Shown here piece after piece: positions 46,837 through 56,937 of a stretch of 64,000 nucleotides of DNA. The stretch is from a virus (taxonomy: Duplodnaviria; Caudoviricetes): IMG/VR virus record IMGVR_UViG_2895374923_000001, positions 1 to 64,000 of that record; one strand, given 5' to 3'. Each line of letters begins with the position of its first letter. Position 1 is the stretch's first letter. A model generated the notes under the pieces. That model was not told the origin of the DNA, did no database searches, and saw nothing but the letters and a program-made list of their open reading frames with translations. Both the position numbers and the translations under genes were made by a program.

Positions 46837-47372
46837 GCCCGAAGGAGCAGGCGCTGCGCCTGGCCGTCGTCCGCGTCCTGAAAGACCTGCTCGCGGCGGC
46901 CGACGCCGGCGACCGCGAGCAGGTAGCCGCCGAGTGGCTGCCCGGCGACCGGCTCGGCGGCGCCATCAACCGGCAGGCGGTCGGCCACGTCCAGCTGAAG
47001 AACGGCACCAAGACCGCTTCCGTCACCGATCCGAAAGCGTTCGAGAACTGGGTGACCCTCAACCGGCCGGAGGAGTGGGAGACGATCACCACCACCCGGG
47101 TACGGCCCGCCTACCTGTCAGCCGTACTGGACGCCGCCAAGAAGACCGGCGACGCCGTCACCTCCGACGGCGAGCCGATCCCCGGCATCACCGTGAAGAC
47201 GGGTGACCCGACGGTCGCGGTCACCCTGGCCAACGACGCCCACCAGGTGGTGCGGCAGGCGTGGGAGTCGGGCGAGCTGTGGGAGCTGATCGGCTCCGTC
47301 CTGCCCGCCCTCGACCCCACGCCCGGCCCGGCCGAGCCCGTCGACGAGCCCGCGGCGGCCGGCGATGGGTGA
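46833..47372 (+). CDS. Hypothetical protein in the recombination module
   Basis: Coupled to the ATPase; DGEPIPGITV. Confidence 0.6.
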   Translation: MSPKEQALRLAVVRVLKDLLAAADAGDREQVAAEWLPGDRLGGAINRQAVGHVQLKNGTKTASVTDPKAFENWVTLNRPEEWETITTTRVRPAYLSAVLDAAKKTGDAVTSDGEPIPGITVKTGDPTVAVTLANDAHQVVRQAWESGELWELIGSVLPALDPTPGPAEPVDEPAAAGDG

Positions 47373-47652
47373 CCTGCGCTCCGCCGCGCTGGCGTACGTG
47401 CGCGCGGGCCAGGTCCGCGCGCACACCGTCGCCACCCCGCCCGGCGCCCCCGCCCCGGTCCTGGTCGTGGCGACGGTCCACGGCCACAACGGCCGCTACC
47501 AGATCGTCTACGACGCCACCCGCCCGCCCGAGGACCGCTGGTCATGCCCGTGCCGTCACAGCGACCTGTGCCCGCACATCGCCGCCGTCGGCCTGTGGGC
47601 CGGACACCCGGGCCTTGCCGCCCGCACCATTCCCGAGAGGACCCGCCTGTGA
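47365..47652 (+). CDS. SWIM zinc-finger protein
   Basis: WSCPC...CPHIAAV. Confidence 0.7.
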   Translation: MGDLRSAALAYVRAGQVRAHTVATPPGAPAPVLVVATVHGHNGRYQIVYDATRPPEDRWSCPCRHSDLCPHIAAVGLWAGHPGLAARTIPERTRL

Positions 47653-47888
47653 CCAGCCGAGGCCGCCACAGCCCGGTTCCCGCCCCGCCGAGGCCGAGCC
47701 AGCACACCACCCAGATCCGCGTCATCGGCCCAGCCCACGCCGTCGAGGCCGTCAAAAGCCTGCTCGCCATGGCCGACGACTCGCTACCCGGCTTCAAGGT
47801 CCTCAAGGTCTCCCGCGACCAGAGCGCCGAACGCGCCGGCCACGTCCGCATCTACATCGACGTCCGGGTGGAGAAGGCCGATGGCTGA
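47649..47888 (+). CDS. Hypothetical protein
   Basis: GTGA coupling. Confidence 0.5.
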   Translation: MTSRGRHSPVPAPPRPSQHTTQIRVIGPAHAVEAVKSLLAMADDSLPGFKVLKVSRDQSAERAGHVRIYIDVRVEKADG

Positions 47889-48021
47889 CCAGCCCACCAT
47901 GCCGCGGCTGCTCACCAGAGTCGAGGTCGCCGCCCGCTTCGGGGTGGACCCGCACACGGTGACCCGCTGGCCGCCGACCGTCCTGCCCTACACCCACACG
48001 CCCGGCGGCCACCGCCCCTAA
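47881..48021 (+). CDS. Truncated BldC-like (MerR/HTH_17) protein, 46 aa
   Basis: LLTRVEVAARFGVDPHTVTRW..THTPGGHRP*; not in the ORF track. Confidence 0.65.
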   Translation: MADQPTMPRLLTRVEVAARFGVDPHTVTRWPPTVLPYTHTPGGHRP

Positions 48022-48036
48022 ACCAAGGAGAGCCTG

Positions 48037-48543
48037 ATGCCCACCAGCCGTGAGACCCGGATCGCAGAGGGGACCGTCTCCGCGATCGACTTCTTCTCCC
48101 GCCTGATCGGCGCCATCGAGTCCGGCAACTGGCACTACGCCGACGACAAACTCAGCCAGCTCGGCCGCACGCTCGGCGAGCTCGACCAGCAGCTGACCCG
48201 GACCGACCAGCCCGCGTCCGGCCAGCCGGTGGCCGCCTACGTCGCCGAGCACTCCCAGCACTACCGCATCGGCCGCGCCCTGTACGGCACCCCCAAGGAG
48301 CGGGCCACCGAGCCGGAGATCCGGCCGGAGGTCGCCGCGCACGTACTCCACCACTTCGGCTGCGACAGCGGAGTGCCGACCTCCGGGTTCAAGACCGCGC
48401 TCATGGCGGCCATCGCCCAGGCCGACGCGCCCAACCGCGAGCACCTGGCCAAGGCGTTCCCCGACTATGTGGCCGCCTTCAACCTCGCCCAGACCACAAG
48501 CCACGGCACCGCCGCCCTGCAGAAGCTCGCTTCCCGGGACTGA
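48037..48543 (+). CDS. Hypothetical protein
   Basis: AAGGAG RBS. Confidence 0.6.
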   Translation: MPTSRETRIAEGTVSAIDFFSRLIGAIESGNWHYADDKLSQLGRTLGELDQQLTRTDQPASGQPVAAYVAEHSQHYRIGRALYGTPKERATEPEIRPEVAAHVLHHFGCDSGVPTSGFKTALMAAIAQADAPNREHLAKAFPDYVAAFNLAQTTSHGTAALQKLASRD

Positions 48544-48545
48544 TC

Positions 48546-48881
48546 ATGAGCGACGAGCCCAACGACCGCGTCCCCAGCCAGGACGCCATCGCCGAGGAAG
48601 GCGAGCACGAGCAACAGCCGGCCTGCGAGTGCGGCCCGGACGACTCCTGTACGGCGTGCGTGCCCTGCGACGTCTGCCGCGAAGACGAGGAGGAGTGCGG
48701 CTGCGACGGCGACGGCTGCTACTCGTGCGACGGCTCCGGCTACCGGATCCCCGAGCACTGCTGCGACTGCGGCGGCTCCCCCTACTGCGTGAAGTGCCAC
48801 ACGTGCGGCGTCGAGTGCATCGGCGAGTGCCGGTGCCCGGTGACCGTCCAGCTCTCGGACGGCGGCCGGCTCGTCCTGTAA
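48546..48881 (+). CDS. Cysteine-rich (19 Cys) metal-binding protein
   Basis: Multiple CxC/CxxC motifs in ~70 aa. Confidence 0.65.
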   Translation: MSDEPNDRVPSQDAIAEEGEHEQQPACECGPDDSCTACVPCDVCREDEEECGCDGDGCYSCDGSGYRIPEHCCDCGGSPYCVKCHTCGVECIGECRCPVTVQLSDGGRLVL

Positions 48882-48886
48882 AGCCC

Positions 48887-48925
48887 GGTGGGTTCCCGCC
48901 GCTCGGGGTTCGGCGGGAACCCACC
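48887..48925 (+). terminator. GC-rich hairpin
   Basis: GGTGGGTTCCCGCCG...CGGCGGGAACCCACC. Confidence 0.65.
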
Positions 48926-48971
48926 ACCCTCCCGAACAGCACAGCCAGCTCAGCCGGAAGGAACGACCCCC

Positions 48972-50258
48972 ATGAACCACCCTACGTCCGCCAACGCCGT
49001 CGGATACCCGGTGTTCGACGTCGCCGGCCGCCTCAACCTCGAGGGCCACGCCGAGTTCCTCGGCGTCAAGCTCCACACCGACCGGCCGCCCACCAGCGCC
49101 CTACGCGTGATGGGCGTGGACATCGAATTCAGCGACCCGGCCGAGGCCGACCGCTTCGCCCACGTCGCGAAGGTCATGGCCGACCAGCTGCACCTGGCCT
49201 ACGAGCGCGGCATCGCCCGCGAGCCCATCACCGCCGACACCGCCCCCCGGAGCGACACATGACCAGCCACCCGCCGTACCAGCCCGCCACGCCCGCCGAG
49301 CGGGTCGGCCCGCAGGCAAAGCGCACCCTGCTCACCGACGCCCGGCACCAGCTGGCCAGGCTCGACCAGCAGATCCGCGACCTCGACCAGAGCATCGCCG
49401 ACCTGCAGGCCGACCGCGCCGAGGTGGCCGACGCCCGCAGCCTGGCAGCTGAGACGGTCGCGCACTACCAGAAGAAGATCTCCGACGCTCCCGAGTGGAC
49501 CGGCCCGCAGACCGGAGCGATCAACCTCCCTCCGGCCACGGCCAACGCCGACGAGATCCTCGGACTGCCCCGCGCATCGAAGGCCCGCCAGCTCGTCAAC
49601 CCGCAAACGCCTGAGGCGGGGTCGTGAACCGCCTCCGCGAGCTCTGGCGGCGGCTGACCCGCCAGCGCCGCCCCGGCCGCCACCGCACCCCTGAGCAGGC
49701 CACTCACGCCATCACCGCGCTGGCCGAATCGTGTGAGTTCTTCGGCCGCGCCTTCGCCCGCAACGAGCCCCGGCGCCCGCGGGTGATCCCTCTCGACCCC
49801 GGGGGCCGCACGTGATCACCGTGGACCTGCAAACGCTGGCCGGCATCGTCGTGATCATCGGCTCGATCATCACGCTGACCGCGGTCATCTGGCGGCTGCC
49901 CGAGAGCCTGACCGGCAACGCGGAAGCCCGCCGCCGCCACCCGTGCAACCGGCCACTCGCCGACCGGCTGGATGCCGACGACACGGTGTGTACGCCAGCG
50001 GGCCACCCGGAGCCGTGGTCGGACCGACCGGAGGCCATCGACGCGGCGCTGGCCGAGCTGCACAACCGGCTGTGGCCCGGCGAGGAGTACCGCGCGACGC
50101 TCACCTGCCGGACGCCGGAGCTGACCGGGTACCACAGCGTGGCCGAAGCGATCGAGGACATCGGCCCGACCGCGGCCACATACAGCTGCCGCTGCGGCCA
50201 GGTACACGCCCGCCGCCGCAAGATCCGCCTCACCTGGCTGGGAGGCCGCCGTGGATGA
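48972..50258 (+). CDS. Four coupled hypothetical genes (48972-49262, 49259-49627, 49624-49815, 49812-50258)
   Basis: Consecutive start/stop overlaps. Confidence 0.5.
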
Positions 50259-50694
50259 CCGCCTCCTCGACCCGCACCGGCTCATCCTGCCCCTGTACCA
50301 CGCCCGGGACAGCCGGGGCTGGACGCAGGAGAAGATCGAAGACACCGCGGGCATCAACAGGCGAACCGTCTCCGAGGCCGAATCTGGCACCGCCTGGCCG
50401 AAGCTCAACCCGCTGATCTGGTGGGCGGGAGCTCTGGATCATCACCTCACCGCCATCACCCGCCAAGGGCGCCACACAGTCACCGACATGCGCATGCTCG
50501 CCTACCTCCTCTACCTGGAGCGCGACAGCCGCGGCTGGTCCCGGACCACGACCGCCAAGACGGCGGGCGTCTCGCCGGAACGCCTGACCGTGTGGGAGGA
50601 CGGCCAGCACGACCCGCAGCTGCGGAAGCTGCTGCGGTGGGCGGCCGCACTCGACACCCGCTTGGCTATCGAGCCCGCGCGCAGGCCCTCATGA
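50251..50694 (+). CDS. Tandem XRE-HTH protein
   Basis: Two repeats of RDSRGW(T/S)..TAG(I/V). Confidence 0.75.
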   Translation: MDDRLLDPHRLILPLYHARDSRGWTQEKIEDTAGINRRTVSEAESGTAWPKLNPLIWWAGALDHHLTAITRQGRHTVTDMRMLAYLLYLERDSRGWSRTTTAKTAGVSPERLTVWEDGQHDPQLRKLLRWAAALDTRLAIEPARRPS

Positions 50695-53153
50695 GCAGCC
50701 CGCCGCGCCGCGCTCTCGGGACAGCGTGCGCTGCGGCGGGCCTGGCGCTGGCCGCCGCTGCGGGGCTCGCGGCCTGCGGCACGGCCAGCGCCCCCACACA
50801 GACCCCATCGCCTGCCCCGCAGGCACCCCCTACGCCCACCTGGAGCACACCATGAGCACACCCACCTACCGCCCCGGCGAACGCCTGCAGATCATCCTCG
50901 ACGTGGAGGTGATCGCACCGCCGGACGAGTCCGGCACCTACCTCCTCAAGGCCGGCGCGCTCGAGCTGGACCTGCCGCTCGGCGACCCCGCTTTCAACGC
51001 CGAGATCCACCGCGCCATGCCAGCCGACGGCATCCCCAAACCGTGCGAGATCTGGGCCGACGCCCACGGCGCCGAACTCTGGGCCGTCTACGTCGCTGAG
51101 GACGAAGTCCACCTCATCGACTACCTCGGCTACAACCGGCATTGGCGACACGTCCACGCCGACCCCGAGACCGGCCCTATCCGCCTGGTGCGCCCGGCGC
51201 CCGGCAAGCCGGGACCCGCGTGCACGACACCCGCCCCGATGACAGCGGGACAGTCCTGATGGACCCCCTCTACTGGGTCGGGCTCGTGATCCTCGCTGTG
51301 TGGCTCGGCTGGCGCGCCTGCACCTGGCGGCACAGCCAGGCGAGCCCGGACGAGCCCGCCCACCACGAGTGCACCGCCCCGGCCGACACCGTCGAGGCGC
51401 TCGAGGCCGACCTCGAGCAGGCGCGCAAGCGGCTCGCCGCCGGCGCCCGCGAGCGAGAGGGACTGCGCGCAGAGCTGACCGCCGCACACCTGGCCTACCG
51501 GTCCGCCGAAGCCGAGCTCAAGCACGTACGCGCCCAGACCTCGACCGCGGTGGACGAGGGCTTGCTGAAGCGGATCGACGAGCTGGAGGCCCTCAACGCC
51601 CTGCTCACCGACAACCCGTCCAGGTCCGAGGTGCTGCGCCTGCGGGAGACCATCCGCCGCCTGGACGCCGAGGTGACCCGGCTCAGCCTGGCCAGCCAGG
51701 CCGCCGACGTCGGCGTCGCCGCGCCCTGCCAGTGCACCGCCGCCACCACATGACCACGGAGCCCAAGATGAGCACACCACTCGCCACCCGGCTGGCCCTG
51801 GCCTGCGGCCTTGCGCTGAGCGTCAGCATCATGACCATCGTCCGCCTGGCCGGCCGCCCCGACACGATCGACCCGCCCAGCGTCGCCCTAATCAGCATCA
51901 GCCTCGCCGCCGCGGGCGCGCTGTGGTCGGCCGTACGCCGCATCCGCCGCCGCGGTGGCCTCGCCTACATCAGCACCGCCAGCGGGCACGCGGCCCTGTA
52001 CTGCAGCACCTGCAACCTGCACCTGGACGCGCTGAAGGAAGGCGCCCGCCTCGACGCCCTGGCCGGCAAGCGCGCCAACCACACCTGCGACCACTCATGA
52101 GCACGGCCACCGAACACCCCGTCAGGATCCTGGTCGCCGTCGAGCTCGCCGCCGGCGCCTGGGTCCAGGCCGTCTGCCGCACCAGCGGCTGCCCGTGGCG
52201 CGGCCCAGCCCGGCCGGAGCGCTGGCTGGTCGAGAGGGACCAGAACAGCCACCGCCAAGACCACCTCGAGCCCAGGCGGTAGACGTGACAGACGCCCTGT
52301 TCGACATCGATACCCCGCCGCGGCCGCCCGCGCCGGAGCGCGAGTCGGCCACGGTACGGCGCACCCGCCGCCAGGCCGAGCAGTTGGCCCGCGGGATCCA
52401 CCCGCTGGCCGGTCGCGGCCTGCACGAGCAGGCCGCCCCCGCCGACGACCGCGACGAGGTCGGCCGCCGGTGCGGCAACTGCCGCTGGCGGCGGACGCTC
52501 AACTACCGGAGCGGCAGCTACCCGAAGTGCGTCCACCCCGGTACCCGAAGCGCCGAGGACTACGAGGTCCTCGGCCCGCCCCGGGCCGCACACAGCGAGG
52601 CCAGCGACTGCCGCGCCTGGTGGCCGGCATGCCGCGACCACGAGCCCGGCGACCCCCGCCTGCCCGACGCCATGCGCTGGGTGCCCGACCCGGCGGTGAT
52701 GCGCTGATGCCCGCCTCTGCCTGGTCGCTGCACCACACCGACGAAGCCCGCGCCCACTCCATCACCCACGTGCCATACGCCGACCGGCAAGGACAGCAGG
52801 CCGAGCGGCGCGAGCGAGTCAAGGTCGCGCTCATGGTGCTGCTGCGCGTCGAGGGGGCAGCCCTGATCCTCGACATCCTCGGCATCCCGGCCGACGAGAT
52901 CGCGCTCGCCCGCCGCGTCCACGCCCGGCTCCTCGAGGAGATGGGCCTGACGCCGCGGCCCGAGCCGTCGCCGACGGTCCCCCCGGCCGCAGCCGACGGT
53001 CCGGCAGCCAGGTGGTGTCCGCGCTGTCGTACCACCAAGACCGAGGCCGACTTTCACCGCAACGCCTCCAGACCCGACGGCCTGGCCGTCTGGTGCAAGC
53101 CCTGCATGGCCGAGGTCCGCACCCGCACCCCGGGAGCGGGGGCGGCCCGATGA
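50691..53153 (+). CDS. Seven coupled hypothetical genes (50691-50855, 50852-51259, 51259-51753, 51750-52100, 52097-52282, 52285-52707, 52707-53153)
   Basis: Start/stop overlaps; several CxxC motifs and TM segments. Confidence 0.5.
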
Positions 53154-54334
53154 CGCCCGACGCCAAGACCCTCAGCCGCCTCGCCGACGCCTACGGCGAT
53201 CCCGCCACGACCATGCGGGCGCTGATCGATGCCTGCGCCCATGCGTGTGGTCTGGCCCGCCCCTACGAGCTGCCGCCCGCGGACGTCGATCTGACGCCGC
53301 TGGGCGATCTCGCCGCGTGGGGTGCCTACGAGCTGGGCACCAGCTACGAGCAGATCATCGCCAAGGACGACCGCGACCAGCAGGGCGCCTTCTACACCCC
53401 GGCGCCGGTCGCGGACTTCCTGGCCCGGTTCGCCCTCGGCCTCGACGTACGCGGCGGCCTGTACGCCACCCCGGATGACGCGCTTGACGCGCTCGTGCTG
53501 GACCCGTCCTGCGGCGCCGGCGTCGTCCTGGAGCACGCCGCCTGGGTCACTGCCGTCCTGTACGCGGCACTGCTGTGGGAGCGGCCCGACCCGCCCCGCT
53601 ACGCCATCAACACCGTGCTGCCCGACGTCTACACCGCCACCGTCTACGGCGTCGACATCGACCCGGTCGCCGTCGAGGTCGCTCGCGCGGCGTGCTGGCT
53701 GGATGTGGGCGGCCGGGCGGCGTTCGACTTCATGGCCGACAACATCACCGTCGGCGACCCGCTGGCCGGTCATCTGCCCGCCGCGCTCGACAAACGGCTG
53801 GCCGAACCGGTCCCGCTGCACATCGTCGGGAACCCGCCCTACCGCGAGCACGCCAAGGGCGCCGCCCCGTGGCTCGAAGCCCGCCGAGTAGCGGGCGCCG
53901 AAGAGCTCACGCCGCGGCCGTCGATGGACGAATTCCGGGCTAGCAGCCGCACCGACGGCAAGTTGGCCAACCTATGGACGTTCTTCTGGCGGTGGGCCCT
54001 CTGGCAGGCCCTGGAGGCCCGTCAGCAGCCCGGTGTCGTGGCGCTCGTCACCCCCAGTGCCTATCTGTGCTCCGACACCTTCGCCGGAATGCGCGAGCAC
54101 CTACGCCGCACCGCCGACGAAGGCTGGATCATCGACCTCACGCCCGAGGGTCACCAGCCGCCAGTCCCCACCCGGATCTTCCCCGGTGTCAAGACCCCCG
54201 TCGCCGTCGGCATCTTCGCATGCCGCGGTCCGGCCGACACCGGCACCCCGGCGCCGATGAAGTACATGGCGATCGAGGGCGCCCGCGAGGAGAAGTTCGC
54301 CGCGCTCCGTCAGCTGGTGGGGGTGGCGGCGTGA
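53150..54334 (+). CDS. N6-adenine DNA methyltransferase (type ISP/IIG-like MTase core)
   Basis: GAFYTP, LDPSCGAG, GVDID, VGNPPY, FFWRWA. Confidence 0.88.
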   Translation: MTPDAKTLSRLADAYGDPATTMRALIDACAHACGLARPYELPPADVDLTPLGDLAAWGAYELGTSYEQIIAKDDRDQQGAFYTPAPVADFLARFALGLDVRGGLYATPDDALDALVLDPSCGAGVVLEHAAWVTAVLYAALLWERPDPPRYAINTVLPDVYTATVYGVDIDPVAVEVARAACWLDVGGRAAFDFMADNITVGDPLAGHLPAALDKRLAEPVPLHIVGNPPYREHAKGAAPWLEARRVAGAEELTPRPSMDEFRASSRTDGKLANLWTFFWRWALWQALEARQQPGVVALVTPSAYLCSDTFAGMREHLRRTADEGWIIDLTPEGHQPPVPTRIFPGVKTPVAVGIFACRGPADTGTPAPMKYMAIEGAREEKFAALRQLVGVAA

Positions 54335-54528
54335 CGCCCGAGCAGCTGCACGCCGCCCTCGAGGAGCACCGCCTCGCGCACGACCTCACCCGCTGGGAAC
54401 TCACCGTCGACCTCGACTGCGGGCTCTCCGATCTCCGGGACATGCGCATGGGCCGCGTCAGCGCCAACCTGCGCGACCGGGCCGAGGAGTGGCTGCGGCG
54501 AAAACAGAACCAGCCCAGGAAGGAGTGA
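54331..54528 (+). CDS. Small HTH-like hypothetical protein
   Basis: GTGA coupling, 65 aa. Confidence 0.5.
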   Translation: MTPEQLHAALEEHRLAHDLTRWELTVDLDCGLSDLRDMRMGRVSANLRDRAEEWLRRKQNQPRKE

Positions 54529-54568
54529 CCGAGACCACCCCTGACACCGAAGGACGGCAAGCAACACC

Positions 54569-55456
54569 ATGACGTGGTTCAAGGTTGACGACTCGTTCCA
54601 CTCCCACCCGAAGATCCTGGCGAGCCGACCGGCGGCGCTGGGCCTGTGGGTGGTCGCCGGCTCCTGGTCAAGCGCGAACCTCACCGAGGGGTTCGTGTCA
54701 GACCAGGTGCTCCCGCGGCTACTCCCGGGCGCGGCCAAGCTGGCGCGCGAGCTGGTGAACGTAGGGCTGTGGACGCGAACGAAGGGCGGCTACCACTTCC
54801 ACGACTGGACCGATTGCCAGCCAACGAAGGAAGAAGCCACCGCAGCGCGACGAAAGAAGTCACTCGGCGCGAAGCTGGGCAACCACCGACGATGGCACGC
54901 AGACAGGGGCGTCCGTGACCCCGAATGCCCCTTCTGCCTGGACGAACGCGGAAAACCAGGATCAGATAACCGATCGGACTCCGATCACTCCAGCGATGCC
55001 GAAGCGAATCGCAATCCGATTCCCCCGTCCCGTCCCGTCCAGTCCCCGAAGGGGACTAGGACGGATACAGGTAGTCAGTCATCGTCCCGCCGTAACGCGC
55101 ACGCGAGAGACGACGAGGACGACACCATCGATCGCGCCATCATCACCCTCCTGCACGAGCTGGCCGGCGCCACCGTCGACGGCTGCTGGGCCGCCCGCGT
55201 GCGCCGCCGCATCCTCGACGGCCACAACATTCGGCACAGCCGCCTGGCCTACGTCACCGCCTCCGTGCGCAACGCCCCCGCCAAGTGGCTACCGCCTGAC
55301 CAGCAGCCACCCGAGGTGACACCGCTCCGCGTGGTGCCCGACCGGCCGGAGTGGTGCGGCACCTGCGACGAACGCACCCGGCTGCTCGACGTGCCCGGGG
55401 CGCCGATCGCGCGATGTCCCGTCTGCCATCCCCTAGCCCATCGGAGGAGCTCATGA
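54569..55456 (+). CDS. Phage replication initiator-like protein
   Basis: MTWFKVDDSFHSHPK..ALGLW..GLW..GYHFHDW; C-terminal WCGTC..CPVCHP. Confidence 0.75.
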   Translation: MTWFKVDDSFHSHPKILASRPAALGLWVVAGSWSSANLTEGFVSDQVLPRLLPGAAKLARELVNVGLWTRTKGGYHFHDWTDCQPTKEEATAARRKKSLGAKLGNHRRWHADRGVRDPECPFCLDERGKPGSDNRSDSDHSSDAEANRNPIPPSRPVQSPKGTRTDTGSQSSSRRNAHARDDEDDTIDRAIITLLHELAGATVDGCWAARVRRRILDGHNIRHSRLAYVTASVRNAPAKWLPPDQQPPEVTPLRVVPDRPEWCGTCDERTRLLDVPGAPIARCPVCHPLAHRRSS

Positions 55457-56016
55457 CCACCCTCGACCCGTACGAGGCGACCCTCCAGCACATCGAGCTG
55501 ATCGCCCGCAAGCGCCAGAAGCTCCTCGCCGTGCAGCGCGACGCCGAACGGCAGGTTCTCCACCGAGCGGGCCGGGATTACGTTGCCGGCCTGCTGCCGC
55601 CAGAAGCGCTCGTCGCGCTCTACCAGCGCTATCGCGATCTCATCGCGATCAACGCCTGGCGGGCAACGACGGACCTGTGGTACGCCGCGATCCCCGTTCG
55701 GCCCGAGCAACTGCGCATGCGCACCAGCCCAAGGCCCAACATCGACGGGACCTGGCGAGGGGACTTCCCCTTCGCCGAAGACTGGCGGCCGCCCACCGGC
55801 CAGAGCGTCGTCTACGTGCTCTACGACGCCGCCTCGACGCCCTGCTACGTCGGTAGCACTGACCAGTTCAACGCCCGGCTGAACGCACACTCACGCGGCA
55901 AGAGCTTCACCCGATGGATCGCCTACCCGTGCGACGACCGCGAGGCCGCCTACCAGCTCGAAGACCGCCTGCTGAAGGAGCACAAGCCGTACCTGAACAG
56001 GAGGGCCGGCCGATGA
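55453..56016 (+). CDS. GIY-YIG nuclease domain protein
   Basis: VVYVLYD..YVGST..RLNAH..E..P.LN. Confidence 0.8.
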   Translation: MTTLDPYEATLQHIELIARKRQKLLAVQRDAERQVLHRAGRDYVAGLLPPEALVALYQRYRDLIAINAWRATTDLWYAAIPVRPEQLRMRTSPRPNIDGTWRGDFPFAEDWRPPTGQSVVYVLYDAASTPCYVGSTDQFNARLNAHSRGKSFTRWIAYPCDDREAAYQLEDRLLKEHKPYLNRRAGR

Positions 56017-56402
56017 GCCCCTGCCCGCACGGCCTGGCCAACCCGTTCATGTGCCCCGACTGCCGGGCCGCCGACCGCCGCCGCAGCGACAAGCCGCCGG
56101 CCGACATCCACCGCGCCAGCGCCGAGCTCGTCGCCCTCGCCCTCGCCGTACGGCCCGACTGGGACGAGGCCGACATCCGCGCCGCCCTGGCCGGAGCGCA
56201 CGCGGTCGGCCAGACCTGGGAACAAGCCCTGGTCGGCCTGGCCCGGCTCATGGTCGACGGCCGCGCCGTACCACGCGAGCTCGTCCCCAACGCCCGCGAC
56301 CCCCTCGCCCTGCGCCGCATCCCCGAGCCCGACGTCGCCCACCGCGGCGCCGAGCTCGCCCGCGAACTCCTCACCCAGCCCGACCAGCCTGGAGAAGTCT
56401 GA
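56013..56402 (+). CDS. Hypothetical protein
   Basis: CPHG..CPDC; RPDWDEADIRAAL. Confidence 0.55.
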   Translation: MSPCPHGLANPFMCPDCRAADRRRSDKPPADIHRASAELVALALAVRPDWDEADIRAALAGAHAVGQTWEQALVGLARLMVDGRAVPRELVPNARDPLALRRIPEPDVAHRGAELARELLTQPDQPGEV

Positions 56403-56929
56403 TGAAGGCTCTGTCCATCAAGCAACCCTGGGCGTTTCTCATCGCCTCCGGGCACAAGGACATCGAGAACCGCAGCAAGGGCACCTCGCACCGTGGCGTC
56501 ATCGCCATCCACGCCAGCCTCACCCTGAACCGGGGATTCCGCATCCCTGTCCGAGAAGGGGCGGTCGCCCTCGACGAGGTCGGCGGGCTGGGCAACCTCT
56601 GGGAGCCGCGCTACGCCGTCGACGGGCTCGCGCCGACACCGTCGCCGCTGCTCGCGTGCGGCGCCATCATCGCCGTCGCCGAGATCGGTCACGACCACAA
56701 CAGCCACGACGGTCAGGACGGCTGCTGGGACAGGCCACGCTGCTACGACCGTGAGCATGGCGTGTGCTCGCCCTGGGCGGTCCCCGGGCAGCACCACTGG
56801 CCCATCACGAACGTCCGCCCCCTGCCGAAGCCAGTAGTCGCGCGCGGCTCGCTCGGGCTGTGGAAGGTACCGCCGGACATCGAGGCCGCCGTCCATCACC
56901 AACTCAAGACCAGCGAGCCCGAGCCGTGA
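56402..56929 (+). CDS. ASCH domain protein
   Basis: MKALSIKQPWAFLIASGHKDIENR..RG.LGLW. Confidence 0.88.
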   Translation: MKALSIKQPWAFLIASGHKDIENRSKGTSHRGVIAIHASLTLNRGFRIPVREGAVALDEVGGLGNLWEPRYAVDGLAPTPSPLLACGAIIAVAEIGHDHNSHDGQDGCWDRPRCYDREHGVCSPWAVPGQHHWPITNVRPLPKPVVARGSLGLWKVPPDIEAAVHHQLKTSEPEP

Positions 56930-56937
56930 GGGGCGCC

